From Octopus sinensis (lineage: Eukaryota), in assembly GCF_006345805.1 (NCBI RefSeq), contig NC_043006.1, forward strand, positions 15,004,001 to 15,068,000: 64,000 bases of DNA, written 5' to 3'. A program made the translations under genes and the position numbers. Positions 26,001 to 38,093 of the stretch are shown in pieces. Under the pieces are notes generated by a model. The model was given only the letters and a program-made list of their open reading frames with translations. It made no database searches and had not been told where the DNA came from. How positions within the stretch are numbered: the first letter of the stretch is position 1; every line of letters begins with the position of its first letter.

Positions 26001-26266
26001 ACTAAATAAGCACCTGCTTCGCTAAAAATAACACCTAAGCCACAGAAGAATCAGTAAATTAATACAGGCATAATAGGCTTTTGGCGCTAAATTCGAAATC
26101 TTTATATCAGATTAAATGACATTCCTTCTGCAACCTCTGCAGAGGTAAGACGCTTTTCTTAGTCGCTTGAATTTTTTTCTTGTCATGCGAGTATTAATTT
26201 AGTGTCTATTCTGTGGCTTAGGAGTATTCTGACTTCAATTTTTAGCGAAGCAAGTGCTTATTTAGT
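26001..26266. mobile_element. MITE-like element with about 60-bp imperfect terminal inverted repeats
   Basis: ACTAAATAAGCAC(C)TGCTTCGCTAAAAAT at the left; ATTTTTAGCGAAGCAAGTGCTTATTTAGT at the right; CTAAGCCACAGAA/TTCTGTGGCTTAG further in. Confidence 0.75.
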
Positions 26267-26302
26267 ATATATAAATATATTTTACATGTCTTATATATAA
26301 TT

Positions 26303-26350
<48 letters not shown>

Positions 26351-26611
26351 CGGGTGCTGAAAAATTCTTGGCTTTAAGGATGTCGTGAAAGGCCTGGTTG
26401 GAGGTCCAATATTCCGAGTTCTTTTACAAGGCTCTAAGGACTTCTGCAATAAAGTGTGTGAATCTGAGAGGGGAATATGTTGAATAAAATCATAATTAAC
26501 TGATGTTCCTGAATTTTTTTACCCAAAGCCAGGAACTTTTCAACACCAACTCGTGTATACACATATATAAATACATGTATACGTGTATGTGTGTGTATTT
26601 GTGTGTGTGTA

Positions 26612-26660
<49 letters not shown>

Positions 26661-26724
26661 TTTTGTACAGTTTATAAGGAATGTTGAGGCGCAGGAGTGG
26701 CCGTGTGGTAAGTAGCTTGCTTAC

Positions 26725-28664
26725 TTCACGACTGGTTAGTCGTGTCTTTCCTCGTGGTAAGAGTTTTTGCTGTTGTTAGTGCTTTATTGTTGCTGTTTTG
26801 TTGTTATTACCTTTTGGATTTTTTTACCTTTGAAACAAGGAGTTACCTTTGAACGTTGTTGAACTGTTTTATTCCCCGGTCTTACCGGGGAATAATTTAA
26901 CACATTCGTAAAAATATTGAACTTTGGCCACTGTGGCTCGTGTGTGAATAACTTTTTTGAATTGTAATAGTCTTTTAGACTATTTTTGTGCCCCTCTCCC
27001 TAACGGGGGTGGGATTTGAAGTGTATTATATAATTTTTAAAAATTACTATCCTCTTTGAGAGGAAAAAACTTTTTATTGGTTTCCCAGTTTTGTGGGAAA
27101 CCAATTTAATTATTTTAATTATTTGTGTTATTAATTTCAATCATATCGGTTGAAATTATACACGAAAAGTGTGCTCTTATAAAAAGCAATGATGATGTTG
27201 GCAGTCATGCCAACAATGGGAAAAAGTTTTCGGTGGTTGCCGCTGTGGCAACCGAAAACATTGATATTCCTGTAGGTGTGCTACAGGAATATTTTAAACG
27301 CATGAAAAAAGAAGGAGGTGATGTGATAATATCACCTTCTTCAACTGTGGTGGAAACTGAAAAGCGGACCGTAGTGTTCAAAACCTGTCTTTTGGACAGA
27401 AGGTTTAAACACTTTGAAGAAGAGAAAATAGAGAAATGCCTGTCCCCGATATGCCTGTCCCCGAAATGCCTGTCCCCGAAATGCCTGTCCCCGATATGGA
27501 AGGACATAACGTAATTGCAAGGGGACGGACATATGGCTCAGTCGAGGTTCGCTTCTCAGACGAAGAGGTGGTCCGCGGGCCAGAAACCGCTAAAGGGTGG
27601 GCTAGGAATGCCTTGGCTGAAGATGCGAAAATTCGCGTTAAGGTTGAGGCACCTTTGGCTTTACCTGGATGGAGAGCAGATGTGGTCACCGCACGTTCGG
27701 TTCTACCTTCCCCAGTTAACGTCCTTAACGGACACCGGTGCGTGGATCAAGCGGAGACCTAAGCTGGGGGAATGGCATTTGGAGTGCCTGACGGCACTCC
27801 AGCTTCTCTCTCGGGCGGGCAATGCCGGCAATAGGAGTTCCACCGCGGATTTCTATAGCGGGTTAGTGGTATTTATGTCAGAAGACGTCTCGAGGGAGAC
27901 CCTGGGCTACGATGAAAATCAGTTGGTCAACCTGTTCTGGAGAACGATCGGGCCGAGATATCTGGATAATTACCAGAAATCCCTGGCCTGGCAGTGTTTC
28001 CATGCGGCGTTATCTGTTCGCGACAAGCTGTCAAGGCACGGAAGTGCCGCCTCGCCGACATGCCCGCGATGTGAGCGGCATAGGGAAACCGTCATGCACA
28101 CATTCGTGGAGTGCCTGGAGTTATCGGGACTGATTACTTTTGCCGAACAACTGTTGTCAGTGATGGGAAGAGTACAGCTATCAGCGGAGTCTATCATTGA
28201 GAATGCTCCTTTCCTCAGCAGAGAAAGGAAGGCTTGTTTTTCTTGCGTTGTAGCCATACTGAAAGAAACAGTATGGAAGACGCATACGAAAGGTATAGTG
28301 ACAGGTACCTTTGTCTCCAGCTAGGGGCTGGTTAACCTTTTTAGTTACCACCTACATAGTAAGATCAGGATGGAGAAGAGGTGTCTGTCACGAGATATGC
28401 TTGTGAAAAGATGGAAGCCTGTGGCCTGCAAGCTGGGTATGTTTGGCACCAGGTAAGTGTGGCCGGATCAAGAAGTAAAGGTTCTACCCAGATGACTGGG
28501 TTCCTTGCCCTACTATGTAACATCAAATTTGTTAACTTTCATTGAAATTTTTACCTATCATATTGTTTCATTTTAAAACGTTTTAAGCTACTTCACCCTA
28601 TATGTATGTCTGTCCTCGTATGTATCCTCTATGTAACGCCTTAATGACGAATTTTCATGAAATA
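26725..28664 (+). mobile_element. Tx1-like non-LTR element A, internally deleted (ORF1 5' part fused to ORF2 C-terminal part)
   Basis: T-rich 5' UTR; ORF1 motifs (KEGGDVIISP; RGRTYGSVEVRF) joined near 27595 to GGLGMPWL and a zf-RVT-like LAWQCFHAAL..DKL..CPRC..ET..H..VEC; AATAAA tail. Confidence 0.85.
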
Positions 28665-28678
28665 AAGTAGCTTACTTA

Positions 28679-29623
28679 GTTCCCATGAGTCTCAGTTGTC
28701 AGTGTGCGCATGCGTTGTTGTGTTCGCATTGTTCATGCTGCTTGGAAGTCACGTCTTTCGACGTGAAAAATTGAACATTTGAAGCACGACTACAGGTAGG
28801 CGTTTGTTTTGTTTTGGCGGGGTGGCTTAGTGGAGTTTGTTGTTCAGTAACTAATAATTTTTGTTGAGCAATAGTCTCCACTCTGCTCCAAACATTTGCC
28901 TGCCTGTGGTCCTGCGAAAAGACTCCCTTTGCAGTGAGAATTGTGTTTTTGGGAGGCGGATTCCCTTCGCAAAAGAAAAACGGGGAATCGCCGGCGGTTG
29001 CTGGTGCACCGGCGGCATGTTTCGAAACCCCTTCGGTGTAAGGTGAGCCACCGGAGGAGGGGGAAGAAGAATGCCCCTCCCAGTGGAAATGATGAAGCAT
29101 ATGTGATCTTCTATCTCAGGGAAGGGGCTATAGAGAATTATATAGAAAGTTCCCTTAATAATCGGGACCTGATAAACTCGACTTGTATTCCAGAGTGGCC
29201 TCCGCAGGTGGATGCTCGGGTACTGGAAGAAAGGATCCTCTATCATATAATGGACTCTTTCTCAAAGGAAGAGTACAGATCTTCTTTATGGGCCCCCAAC
29301 TTGCGGCTGCTGGAATGCCTGCAGGAGGCAAGAAAGTTTATTAGGGACTCATATGTGTAATAGGTTTATTGCCTATTAAATTGTTTGTAATTGTAATAGA
29401 CTTTTTAGTCCATAAATTGTAATAAAATTGTAAGAGGGTTAATACCTCATTCAGTATTTTTTTTAAAAAACAATGTTTTAGAGAAGCAGAAGTCGGCGGG
29501 CGCTTTTCATCTTCTCCCATCTTATTATCCTTGTATCATCATCATTCACCTCATTAATGTCCGTGTCCAGCCCGCAAGCTTCCTCACTCTACGTACTGCC
29601 TTTATGGCAAATTTGATAAAATA
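28679..29623 (+). mobile_element. Short non-autonomous element B with a Tx1-like 3' tail
   Basis: Bounded by target copies at 28665-28678 and 29624-29638; T/G-rich 5' part; ORF 28941-29360 of unclear homology; tail motif shared with A and C. Confidence 0.7.
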
Positions 29624-30601
29624 AAGTAGCTTGCTTACCAACCACATGGTTCTGGGTTCAGTCCCACTGCGTGACACCATGGGCAAGTGTCTTCTACTAT
29701 AGCCTCGGGCCGATCAAAGCCTTGTGAGTGGATTTGGTAGACGAAAACTGAAAGAAGCCCGTCGTATATATAGCACTATCTCCTCCGCAATCCTATTCAA
29801 ATCCTTTACTGCTGCCTGGATAGTGAGTTCGGGCCCATATCCCCAGTAATTGAGTTTGTTAGTTCTTGTGGCCTTCAGTATCTTGGCCCCATCTTTCATA
29901 TTGAACATTATGGCTGTCATGAGCCATGCCTCTTCTAGTTCTGGGGGTACTTGGCCAACTCGCACTCTGGCCACACGTTTGCCGCAGTACAACGGCAAAA
30001 GTACCCACTCCTCCGATCTTATTGCCTCTGTTGCGTGTTTGATTGCCTCCTCCACCTCTGTCGCGAAGCGCACATCCACGGTGGCATACTTCCTGCCTCT
30101 TGTTATAAAAGTTGTCAACTTTTTAATACTTTTCACAATTTCTATTTCTTCCATTGTCGCAATCTCTATTTTTCTTGCTGCAATTCACATTGTTTTATAC
30201 GTGACTATTTGTTTCGTTATCCTTTTGTCAGCTCTGCGGGTGGCGTCAACTTCAATGTCTCTCCCTCCTTCTCCAGCAACTTTTCACATGCCTTCATTTT
30301 TCTAGGTTCGACCTTGATTTCGAATGTCTCCAACGTTTTCTCTTCAGCTCCTTTTCCAGTTGCGGTCGCATAATTGTGGCCGCCCGCTGGCGTTTTCTCC
30401 ATTTTTCCCTCAATGGGAAAAAATAATAATACAATAACAATTAACAATATCAAAGTTCAAAGAGCAACAACGAACAATTATTTAACGATCTACTCACAAA
30501 AGAAAAAACACTCTTTCTTCGACGACTCAACTCCCGACATCTAGACTTCTCCCTCTATATCTACTAAATTCAGGTCACAACAGAGGACATTGTTTAAATA
30601 A

Positions 30602-30703
<102 letters not shown>

Positions 30704-30735
30704 ATAGGTTATTTAAACAATGTCCTCTGTTGTGA

Positions 30736-30785
<50 letters not shown>

Positions 30786-30993
30786 GTGAAATAGAAAGAT
30801 GAATAATCTTGTAGTAGATTAATCAAAAGTTTAACCGATACCTTAGTAGCAAAAATCACAGCAGTAAACAGCACGGTTGGAGGTACAACCATCTGGCGTT
30901 GCAACCGTGCGTTGGTGAGGATAATTGAAATTAAAACATTATTGGTGAATTGAAGAAATGGAGCTGAACGCAGATTGAACAGAAATCGTTTTA

Positions 30994-31084
30994 TTTCATT
31001 CTACACGTGTTTCGAAAGGCACAAATTACCAAAATCCGATTGAATAATGGGACCATATTGTGTCTTTCTCTTCAGGAAGAAAAA
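30994..31084 (-). ncRNA. Minimal type-I hammerhead motif (left palindrome arm)
   Basis: Reverse complement of the 32387-32476 motif. Confidence 0.75.
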
Positions 31085-32386
31085 AGGAAATCCGTTGGAA
31101 AACAAAAACAGAACAGAGGCGGAGCAAAAAACAAATCGAACTGTGCTCCTAAGAGCCCATGGCGAAACTGTTTATCAGTGTATGTTGAGAACCGGTGGCT
31201 GAAGAATTCAACGGGTCAGGCATCGGTCAATCATGTGGGTGAGGGTGTATAGATGTTCTTTGTGACCGAGAATAAAGTTCTGACTATTTAAAGAATATTG
31301 GATGTTTTATAAGGGGCGAGAAAAAATCTACTTAGAGACGTGTGTGTGTGTATACTGTTCTATATATGTGTGTGTGTTGGCGTAGGGGTAGAAAACATTT
31401 TTTGTGTACGTGTGTGCGTTTGATCGTTCGGCTGTCAGTGGCTACTGCCGTGATAACCGTTGGGTGGCAGAAAGAAAAAAATAAAAAAATTATATATATA
31501 TATTATGTTTTATGTGTGTGTGTGTGTGTTCATCTAAGCCTGCCTTGACAAGGAAACCCCCCGCTGTGAAAAAACCAAGCCCCGTTTGTCTTACAGGAGT
31601 AATTTCCCTTGCAGTGGTTAATCGTAGATATCTTAAAGGCTATTTCAGAATTTGTTACCAAGGGCTATGGGTGCCGGTATTATTTATAAACGCTATTTAA
31701 AGGCCAGATAAGTGTAACGCCGCCAATGGGGGCATCGAAAAGCCATTGGCGGCGTTACACTTATCTGGCCTTTAAATAGCGTTTATAAATAATACCGGCA
31801 CCCATAGCCCTTGGTAACAAATTCTGAAATAGCCTTTAAGATATCTACGATTAACCACTGCAAGGGAAATTACTCCTGTAAGACAAACGGGGCTTGGTTT
31901 TTTCACAGCGGGGGGTTTCCTTGTCAAGGCAGGCTTAGATGAACACACACACACACACATAAAACATAATATATATATATAATTTTTTTATTTTTTTCTT
32001 TCTGCCACCCAACGGTTATCACGGCAGTAGCCACTGACAGCCGAACGATCAAACGCACACACGTACACAAAAAATGTTTTCTACCCCTACGCCAACACAC
32101 ACATATATAGAACAGTATACACACACACACGTCTCTAAGTAGATTTTTTCTCGCCCCTTATAAAACATCCAATATTCTTTAAATAGTCAGAACTTTATTC
32201 TCGGTCACAAAGAACATCTATACACCCTCACCCACATGATTGACCGATGCCTGACCCGTTGAATTCTTCAGCCACCGTTCTCAACATACACTGATAAACA
32301 GTTTCGCCATGGGCTCTTAGGAGCACAGTTCGATTTGTTTTTTGCTCCGCCTCTGTTCTGTTTTTGTTTTTCCAACGGATTTCCTT

Positions 32387-32476
32387 TTTTCTTCCTGAAG
32401 AGAAAGACACAATATGGTCCCATTATTCAATCGGATTTTGGTAATTTGTGCCTTTCGAAACACGTGTAGAATGAAA
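32387..32476 (+). ncRNA. Minimal type-I hammerhead motif with intact core (right palindrome arm)
   Basis: CTGAAGA 32395-32401; stem II GAAAGACAC/GTGCCTTTC (8 of 9 pairs); GAAA 32457-32460; palindromic ACACGTGT; GUA cleavage after 32468; stem I TTC/GAA extended after one mismatch. Confidence 0.8.
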
Positions 32477-32529
32477 TAAAACGATTTCTGTTCAATCTGC
32501 GTTCAGCTCCATTTCTTCAATTCACCAAT

Positions 32530-32614
<85 letters not shown>

Positions 32615-32691
32615 TTATTTAAACAATGTCCTCTGTTGTGACCTGAATTTAGTAGATATAGAGGGAGAAGTCTAGATGTCGGGAGTTGAGT

Positions 32692-34601
32692 CGTCGAAGA
32701 AAGAGTGTTTTTTCTTTTGTGAGTAGATCGTTAAATAATTGTTCGTTGTTGCTCTTTGAACTTTGATATTGTTAATTGTTATTGTATTATTATTTTTTTC
32801 CCATTGAGGGAAAAATGGAGAAAACGCCAGCGGGCGGCCACAGTTATGCGACCGCAACTGGAAAAGGAGCTGAAGAGAAAACGTTGGAGACATTCGAAAT
32901 CAAGGTCGAACCTAGAAAAATGAAGGCATGTGAAAAGTTGCTGGAGAAGGAGGGAGAGACATTGAAGTTGACGCCACCCGCAGAGCTGACAAAAGGATAA
33001 CGAAACAAATAGTCACGTATAAAACAATGTGAATTGCAGCAAGAAAAATAGAGATTGCGACAATGGAAGAAATAGAAATTGTGAAAAGTATTAAAAAGTT
33101 GACAACTTTTATAACAAGAGGCAGGAAGTATGCCACCGTGGATGTGACTTCGCGACAGAGGTGGAGGAGGCAATCAAACACGCAACAGAGGCAATAAGAT
33201 CGGAGGAGTGGGTACTTTTGCCGTTGTACTGCGGCAAACGTGTGGCCAGAGTGCGAGTTGGCCAAGTACCCCCAGAACTAGAAGAGGCATGGCTCATGAC
33301 AGCCATAATGTTCAATATGAAAGATGGGGCCAAGATACTGAAGGCCACAAGAACTAACAAACTCAATTACTGGGGATATGGGCCCGAACTCACTATCCAG
33401 GCAGCAGTAAAGGATTTGAATAGGATTGCGGAGGAGATAGTGCTACCTGACGACTTAAGACTAAGAATGAAGGTAGAGGGCAGGCCGCCTGTATGGTTTG
33501 AATATGGAGAGAAAGGCCACATGAAGGTGAGGTCTCCACAGAAGGAGAACAGAGGGAGAAGCAAGAAAGTATAGAACATGTAGTACAGGTGGAGAAGGAA
33601 GAAAAAACAGCGGAGGAGGGATTCACGGTAGTGGAAAGAAAAAGAAGGAGAGCGGAAGAGCGAGCCCGCCGCCAGGAAACCAGAAAAAGAAGAAAGAAGA
33701 GGTGGAAAGGAAAGCTGCGACCAAAAGGAAGGAAGGAAGACAAAAGGGTGGTGGAGAAAGAAAGTGGAAAAATAATTGGGAAGGTGTGTGAGAATGTGTT
33801 ACAGAAGGAGGAAGCAGTGTTGAAGACGTCAGTTAATTTGGCGAAGGAGAAAGATTGAGGGTGAAATAGAGAAATTGTTCACAGTAGAGACAGAGAAGGA
33901 AAAAGTTTCAGAAATAGAAGATGAGAGTGATATAGAGACATTGTTAAGAGGAGAGACAGAAAAGGTAAAACCACCAGAAATAGAAGTAGAAAGGAGAACA
34001 CCAAGAAGAGGAAAGAATAAATGGAACTTCGTAAAATATGCCAAAAGCAAGGAAGTGGAAAGAAGAATTGGGAAATCTAAACATATCACAAGAGTAAAGT
34101 TGCCCAAGGCGGTATACTCAGAAAATGTAAAGGCCATTGTGGTCGACAAAGAAGCATACAATAGATGAGTAGACATGTGCGGAAACAAGATTGACCCACC
34201 CGGAGTATTGGTGGAGTTCGATGAACTGCCACCGGTAGTTGAACTTAGAGACGTAGAGCCTTATATGAAGTATTAAAAGGGTGGAAAAAGAAGAGTAAGT
34301 AAAATTACTTTGTTAAAAGAAACAAAAAAATAGGGGAAAAAAAAAATAAAAAAGTGTTTCGAAAGAAAAAAATGATGATTAAGAAAAAATTATAGACAAA
34401 ATAGCACGATTGTAATATAGTGTGTATAAACGTTCAAATGGTACTGCATGAGGAGTGGGGCCCATGCAGCCATTTCATTTTTTCCATTTTTATATAATAT
34501 TCATCCTCATTCGTTTTATGTTTATTGTCTCCACTGTGGTGTCGTGTCTGTCCTTGTAGTATCCCCCTCTGTGTTAGTGGCCATGGTGCCAAATAAAAAA
34601 A
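32692..34601 (+). mobile_element. Tx1-like ORF1-only element C (degenerate gag-like ORF, no ORF2)
   Basis: KEGETLKLTPP; RGRKYATVDVRF; VRVGQVPPEL; VEGRPP plus an eroded zinc knuckle; K/E-rich linker; C-terminal KIDPPGV..DELP.V; about 330-nt 3' UTR ending AATAAAAAAA. Confidence 0.82.
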
Positions 34602-34622
34602 CGAGTTGAGTATCGGTCATCG

Positions 34623-36783
34623 AGCAGTGAGTTGTGGAAATTGATTTTTGAAAGTGTCATTAAAATTGTTGATATTGTCGTTGGATTTGTTGATTGAACT
34701 ATTCTTGAATTTTTTTTTTCTACCCATTGTGGGGCATGGAAGCTGGCAGCTATGCTGCGGTGGCGGGAAAAAGCCCGGTACCCAACATGTTGCAGCTAAG
34801 GGAAGTTGAGACGGAAGGAAGAGATTTTAAGCAATACAATGGACTAATTGTGAAGGAGGGAGATTGCCTCCGCTTAACACCACCAGCGGAAGTGTTACAA
34901 AGAGCGGAGAAAAAAAAAGCAGTTTACCGAACATTAAACAGAAACGAAAGAGATTGAAGTGGCGGAAATCGAAGAAATTGAGGAATGGTTACAAGGAGTT
35001 TTACTCGAGACATTTTGCTCGAGAGGAAGGAAGTACGGCACGGTGGAGGTGCGCTTCGTTGATGAGGAGGCGGCAAAAAGGCACGCCACGAGGATTTGAT
35101 ATCAACAAAGTGGGCACTCTTACCGACCTACTGCGGGAAACTCCCGTGAGAGTTAGGATAGGCAGAGTGCCCCCGGAGATTGACGATGCATAGCTAGTGG
35201 CAGCCATCATCTACAACTGCGAGGAGGTAGATATAATGAACGTACAGAGGTCGAAGGAGATCAACCGGTGGGGTTATGGTCTCGAAGCTTTGATACACAT
35301 AACCCTGCCAGATCTACATAAGATGGCGGAGGAATTGGTGCTCCCCGAGGAGACCCGACTGAGAGTCGTGGTAGAGGGGAGACCGCCAATTTGCTACAAC
35401 TGCAGAGGTAGGGGATACATGCAAGCAAGGTGTCCCCAGAAACAAGGGTAGATGGAGGTAGTAGAAACAGTGGTGGTAGAAGCGGAGAAGGAAAAGGAGG
35501 AGGAAGTTGCGGTAGACAGGAAAAAAACGAGAGCGGAGTCTTCGCCAAAGAGTCCCAAGAAAAGAAAAGCGGAGACAAAGAAACAAGTTACAATGGAAAA
35601 AGGAAGTAAGGAGATTCGAACGCAGGAACCAGAGCCAACAAAAAGCAGGAGGGAAAAAACCGAAGAACAAAGAGCGAGAGAGAAGTTTGATGAGTGGAAG
35701 AAGAAAGTATGGAGGAGAGAAGAATATGTAGCACAAACAGGCAGAATGCTGGACGAAATATAAGAACAATGTCAAGATAAAACAAGGATATAGAAGTAGA
35801 GAAGAGACTAGCAAAAACGAAAAATCTAATAAGAGTTTGTAACAGGATGAGAGATTCCCCGCACTGGATGGGTGCAGCTCGCATCCTTTACATTAAATAT
35901 TAATCGAAGAAAGAGTCAAGATTTCCGATTAGCTTCAGCAGTATAAATATTTATTCCTTGATTCGCAATATAAACATTTCCTTCCTCTGGGCGAATCGGC
36001 AACCTAAGAGCTATATCGGCAGTAGTCAAGTGGAATGAGTCAATCCTGCCCCCGTTCAAGCATAGCGGGGAGGCGCCACGAGGTAGCAGCTCGAGAGAGC
36101 TGACGGAGACACGTCTGTCTTGTTCAGCTGCTAGCGTCCAAGAGAGCGATACAAGAGAATTTCGCTGCTGCTGCTGCTAGTTTTCTGCGCATGCGCATGA
36201 GGGAACTTCCGACAGGCCTTCCGGAAGATTCCAACCTTGCGCATGCGTGCGCTGGAGATTTCCAAGACGGCGTCTGTTCGAACCCGATGAAAGAGCGGTA
36301 TTATTGGAGAAAGAGAGAAAAGAAAAGCTGATGGGATTCTTTGGAACCAGAATCAGACCTACCGGGATATATATCCAATATGATAGTTTACCCAATGTTA
36401 TGGAACAGGAGAACCTCATGGAATACATAACAGACTAAAGAGACTGGTAATTAATATGCATAATTAGAACAGTAAAATGGAACTGCGAGCTCTGGGGAGC
36501 TCGTAAGCAATTACACCCTTTCATTGTTAAATAATTCATTTCGTATTTCATCATTCGTTAGTTAGTTAATTTTTTGGCTCAAAAATCAAAAAAGCAAGGC
36601 CATGTAGGGGGGCATGGAGTTATGTACAGGGTGGTGTTCATGTAAAGAATTCAGGCCACTTGTGGTCAAGGGAGACTTTGAACCGAGCGGTCGTCGGCAT
36701 TCTTATTTTATGTATCCCACGTTTTGTGTTGTATGTTTTTGTAATGTCCCCTCTTTTTTTAAGCTATATGCCGCAATAAAAAA
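34623..36783 (+). mobile_element. Tx1-like ORF1-only element D with an internal insert of about 420 bp
   Basis: KEGDCLRLTPP; RGRKYGTVEVRF; RVRIGRVPPEI; VEGRPPICYNCRGRGYMQARC knuckle; C-terminal RIRPTGI..DSLP.V; tail AATAAAAAAA. Confidence 0.82.
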
Positions 36784-36937
36784 AGTTGAGTAGTGGTCAT
36801 CGGAACGTGCGATATAACTATAAGAATAAATGCTTCTTTTAAAAATCAAGTCTGATGCTTCAGTGCTCTTTATCATCATCATCGTCGTCGTCTTTGTTTA
36901 ACATCTGTCTTCCATATATATATATAATATATATATA

Positions 36938-36990
<53 letters not shown>

Positions 36991-37225
36991 CTGTTTCAGT
37001 CGTAATTCTTTCATAATATTTGATTCACTGGAGTTAATAATAACATCAGACAAGTCTTTGTCAGAAAGGGTAGAGAAATTCTCATGAAATGCCTTTTGTT
37101 GCAAACAAAACAAAATAACCCAGCCAACCAAACAATAAACCAACCAGTCGTCTGGTACTAATGAAAATTAATATACAAATTCTTGACCTTAGTTAACCTG
37201 TATATGTATGTATATATATGTATGC

Positions 37226-37236
37226 ATTTGTGTGTG

Positions 37237-37313
<77 letters not shown>

Positions 37314-37648
37314 ATATATTCAATCTCCTTCCTTCATTTTGCATCTTTCTTCTTTTTTCTCACCTCTTCTATTTTGTTCTTTTTCTTTTCTTTTTCTTCA
37401 CTCCTCTTTCCCTCTCTGTATTGCTTTCGTTTTCAAAACCATTAGATTCACTTCAACATTTAAATCTAAGTTGCCAAAATATTTTCGTCGCTTTGAGACC
37501 GAGACCTGTTCACTGACTAAATTCCGTGCTGCATCAGAATCTAACGGTTTTTGTGTGTTTCTTAAATGATTTATAAACACCTTTCACGCTGCAATTGTTT
37601 TCTTTCCTGCACACGATCTCAGATCAAGTCACTCGCTATGCAAGTACG

Positions 37649-37740
<92 letters not shown>

Positions 37741-38085
37741 CTCCTTCCTTCATTTTGCATCTTTCTTCTTTTTTCTCACCTCTTCTATTTTGTTCTTTTT
37801 CTTTTCTTTTTCTTCACTCCTCTTTCCCTCTCTGTATTGCTTTCGTTTTCAAAACCATTAGATTCACTTCAACATTTAAATCTAAGTTGCCAAAATATTT
37901 TCGTCGCTTTGAGACCGAGACCTGTTCACTGACTAAATTCCGTGCTGCATCAGAATCTAACGGTTTTTGTGTGTTTCTTAAATGATTTATAAACACCTTT
38001 CACGCTGCAATTGTTTTCTTTCCTGCACACGATCTCAGATCAAGTCACTCGCTATGCAAGTACGTCTCTCTCTCTCTCTCTATAT
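37226..38085. repeat. Tandem duplication with 416-bp period, bounded by (TC)n(TA)n; diverged partial third copy at 41482-41606
   Basis: 37318-37650 and 37734-38066 appear identical; the track gives identical ORFs 37398-37580 and 37814-37996. Confidence 0.92.
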
Positions 38086-38093
38086 ATATATAT

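Larger units (their letters stand above)
26687..29771 (+). mobile_element. Family-1 SINE split in its tRNA head (26687-26724 and 29624-29771) by two tandem insertions
   Basis: The head stops at GTAGCTTGCTTAC and resumes exactly at CAACCACATGGTTC after 29638, collinear with the intact copy at 32. Confidence 0.92.

Noticed and set aside
25872-26001. Diverged 130-bp similarity to 55893-56023
   Set aside because: Looks like an old dispersed repeat with no structure or termini I can define.
27427-27497. Short direct repeats resembling a CRISPR array (also 57230-57290 and 10790-10866)
   Set aside because: Repeats are contiguous with no unique spacers, and there are no cas genes in this eukaryotic context.
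36985-37100. Possible minus-strand host exon (AFHENFSTLSDKDLSDVIINSSESNIMKELRLK)
   Set aside because: Weak AAG acceptor and GTATAT donor, no recognisable homology, no partner exons; needs RNA-seq.
37460-37545. Minus-strand CTGATGC...GAAAATATTTT hammerhead-like pattern in the tandem duplicate
   Set aside because: Core mismatch at A9 and no stem I pairing.
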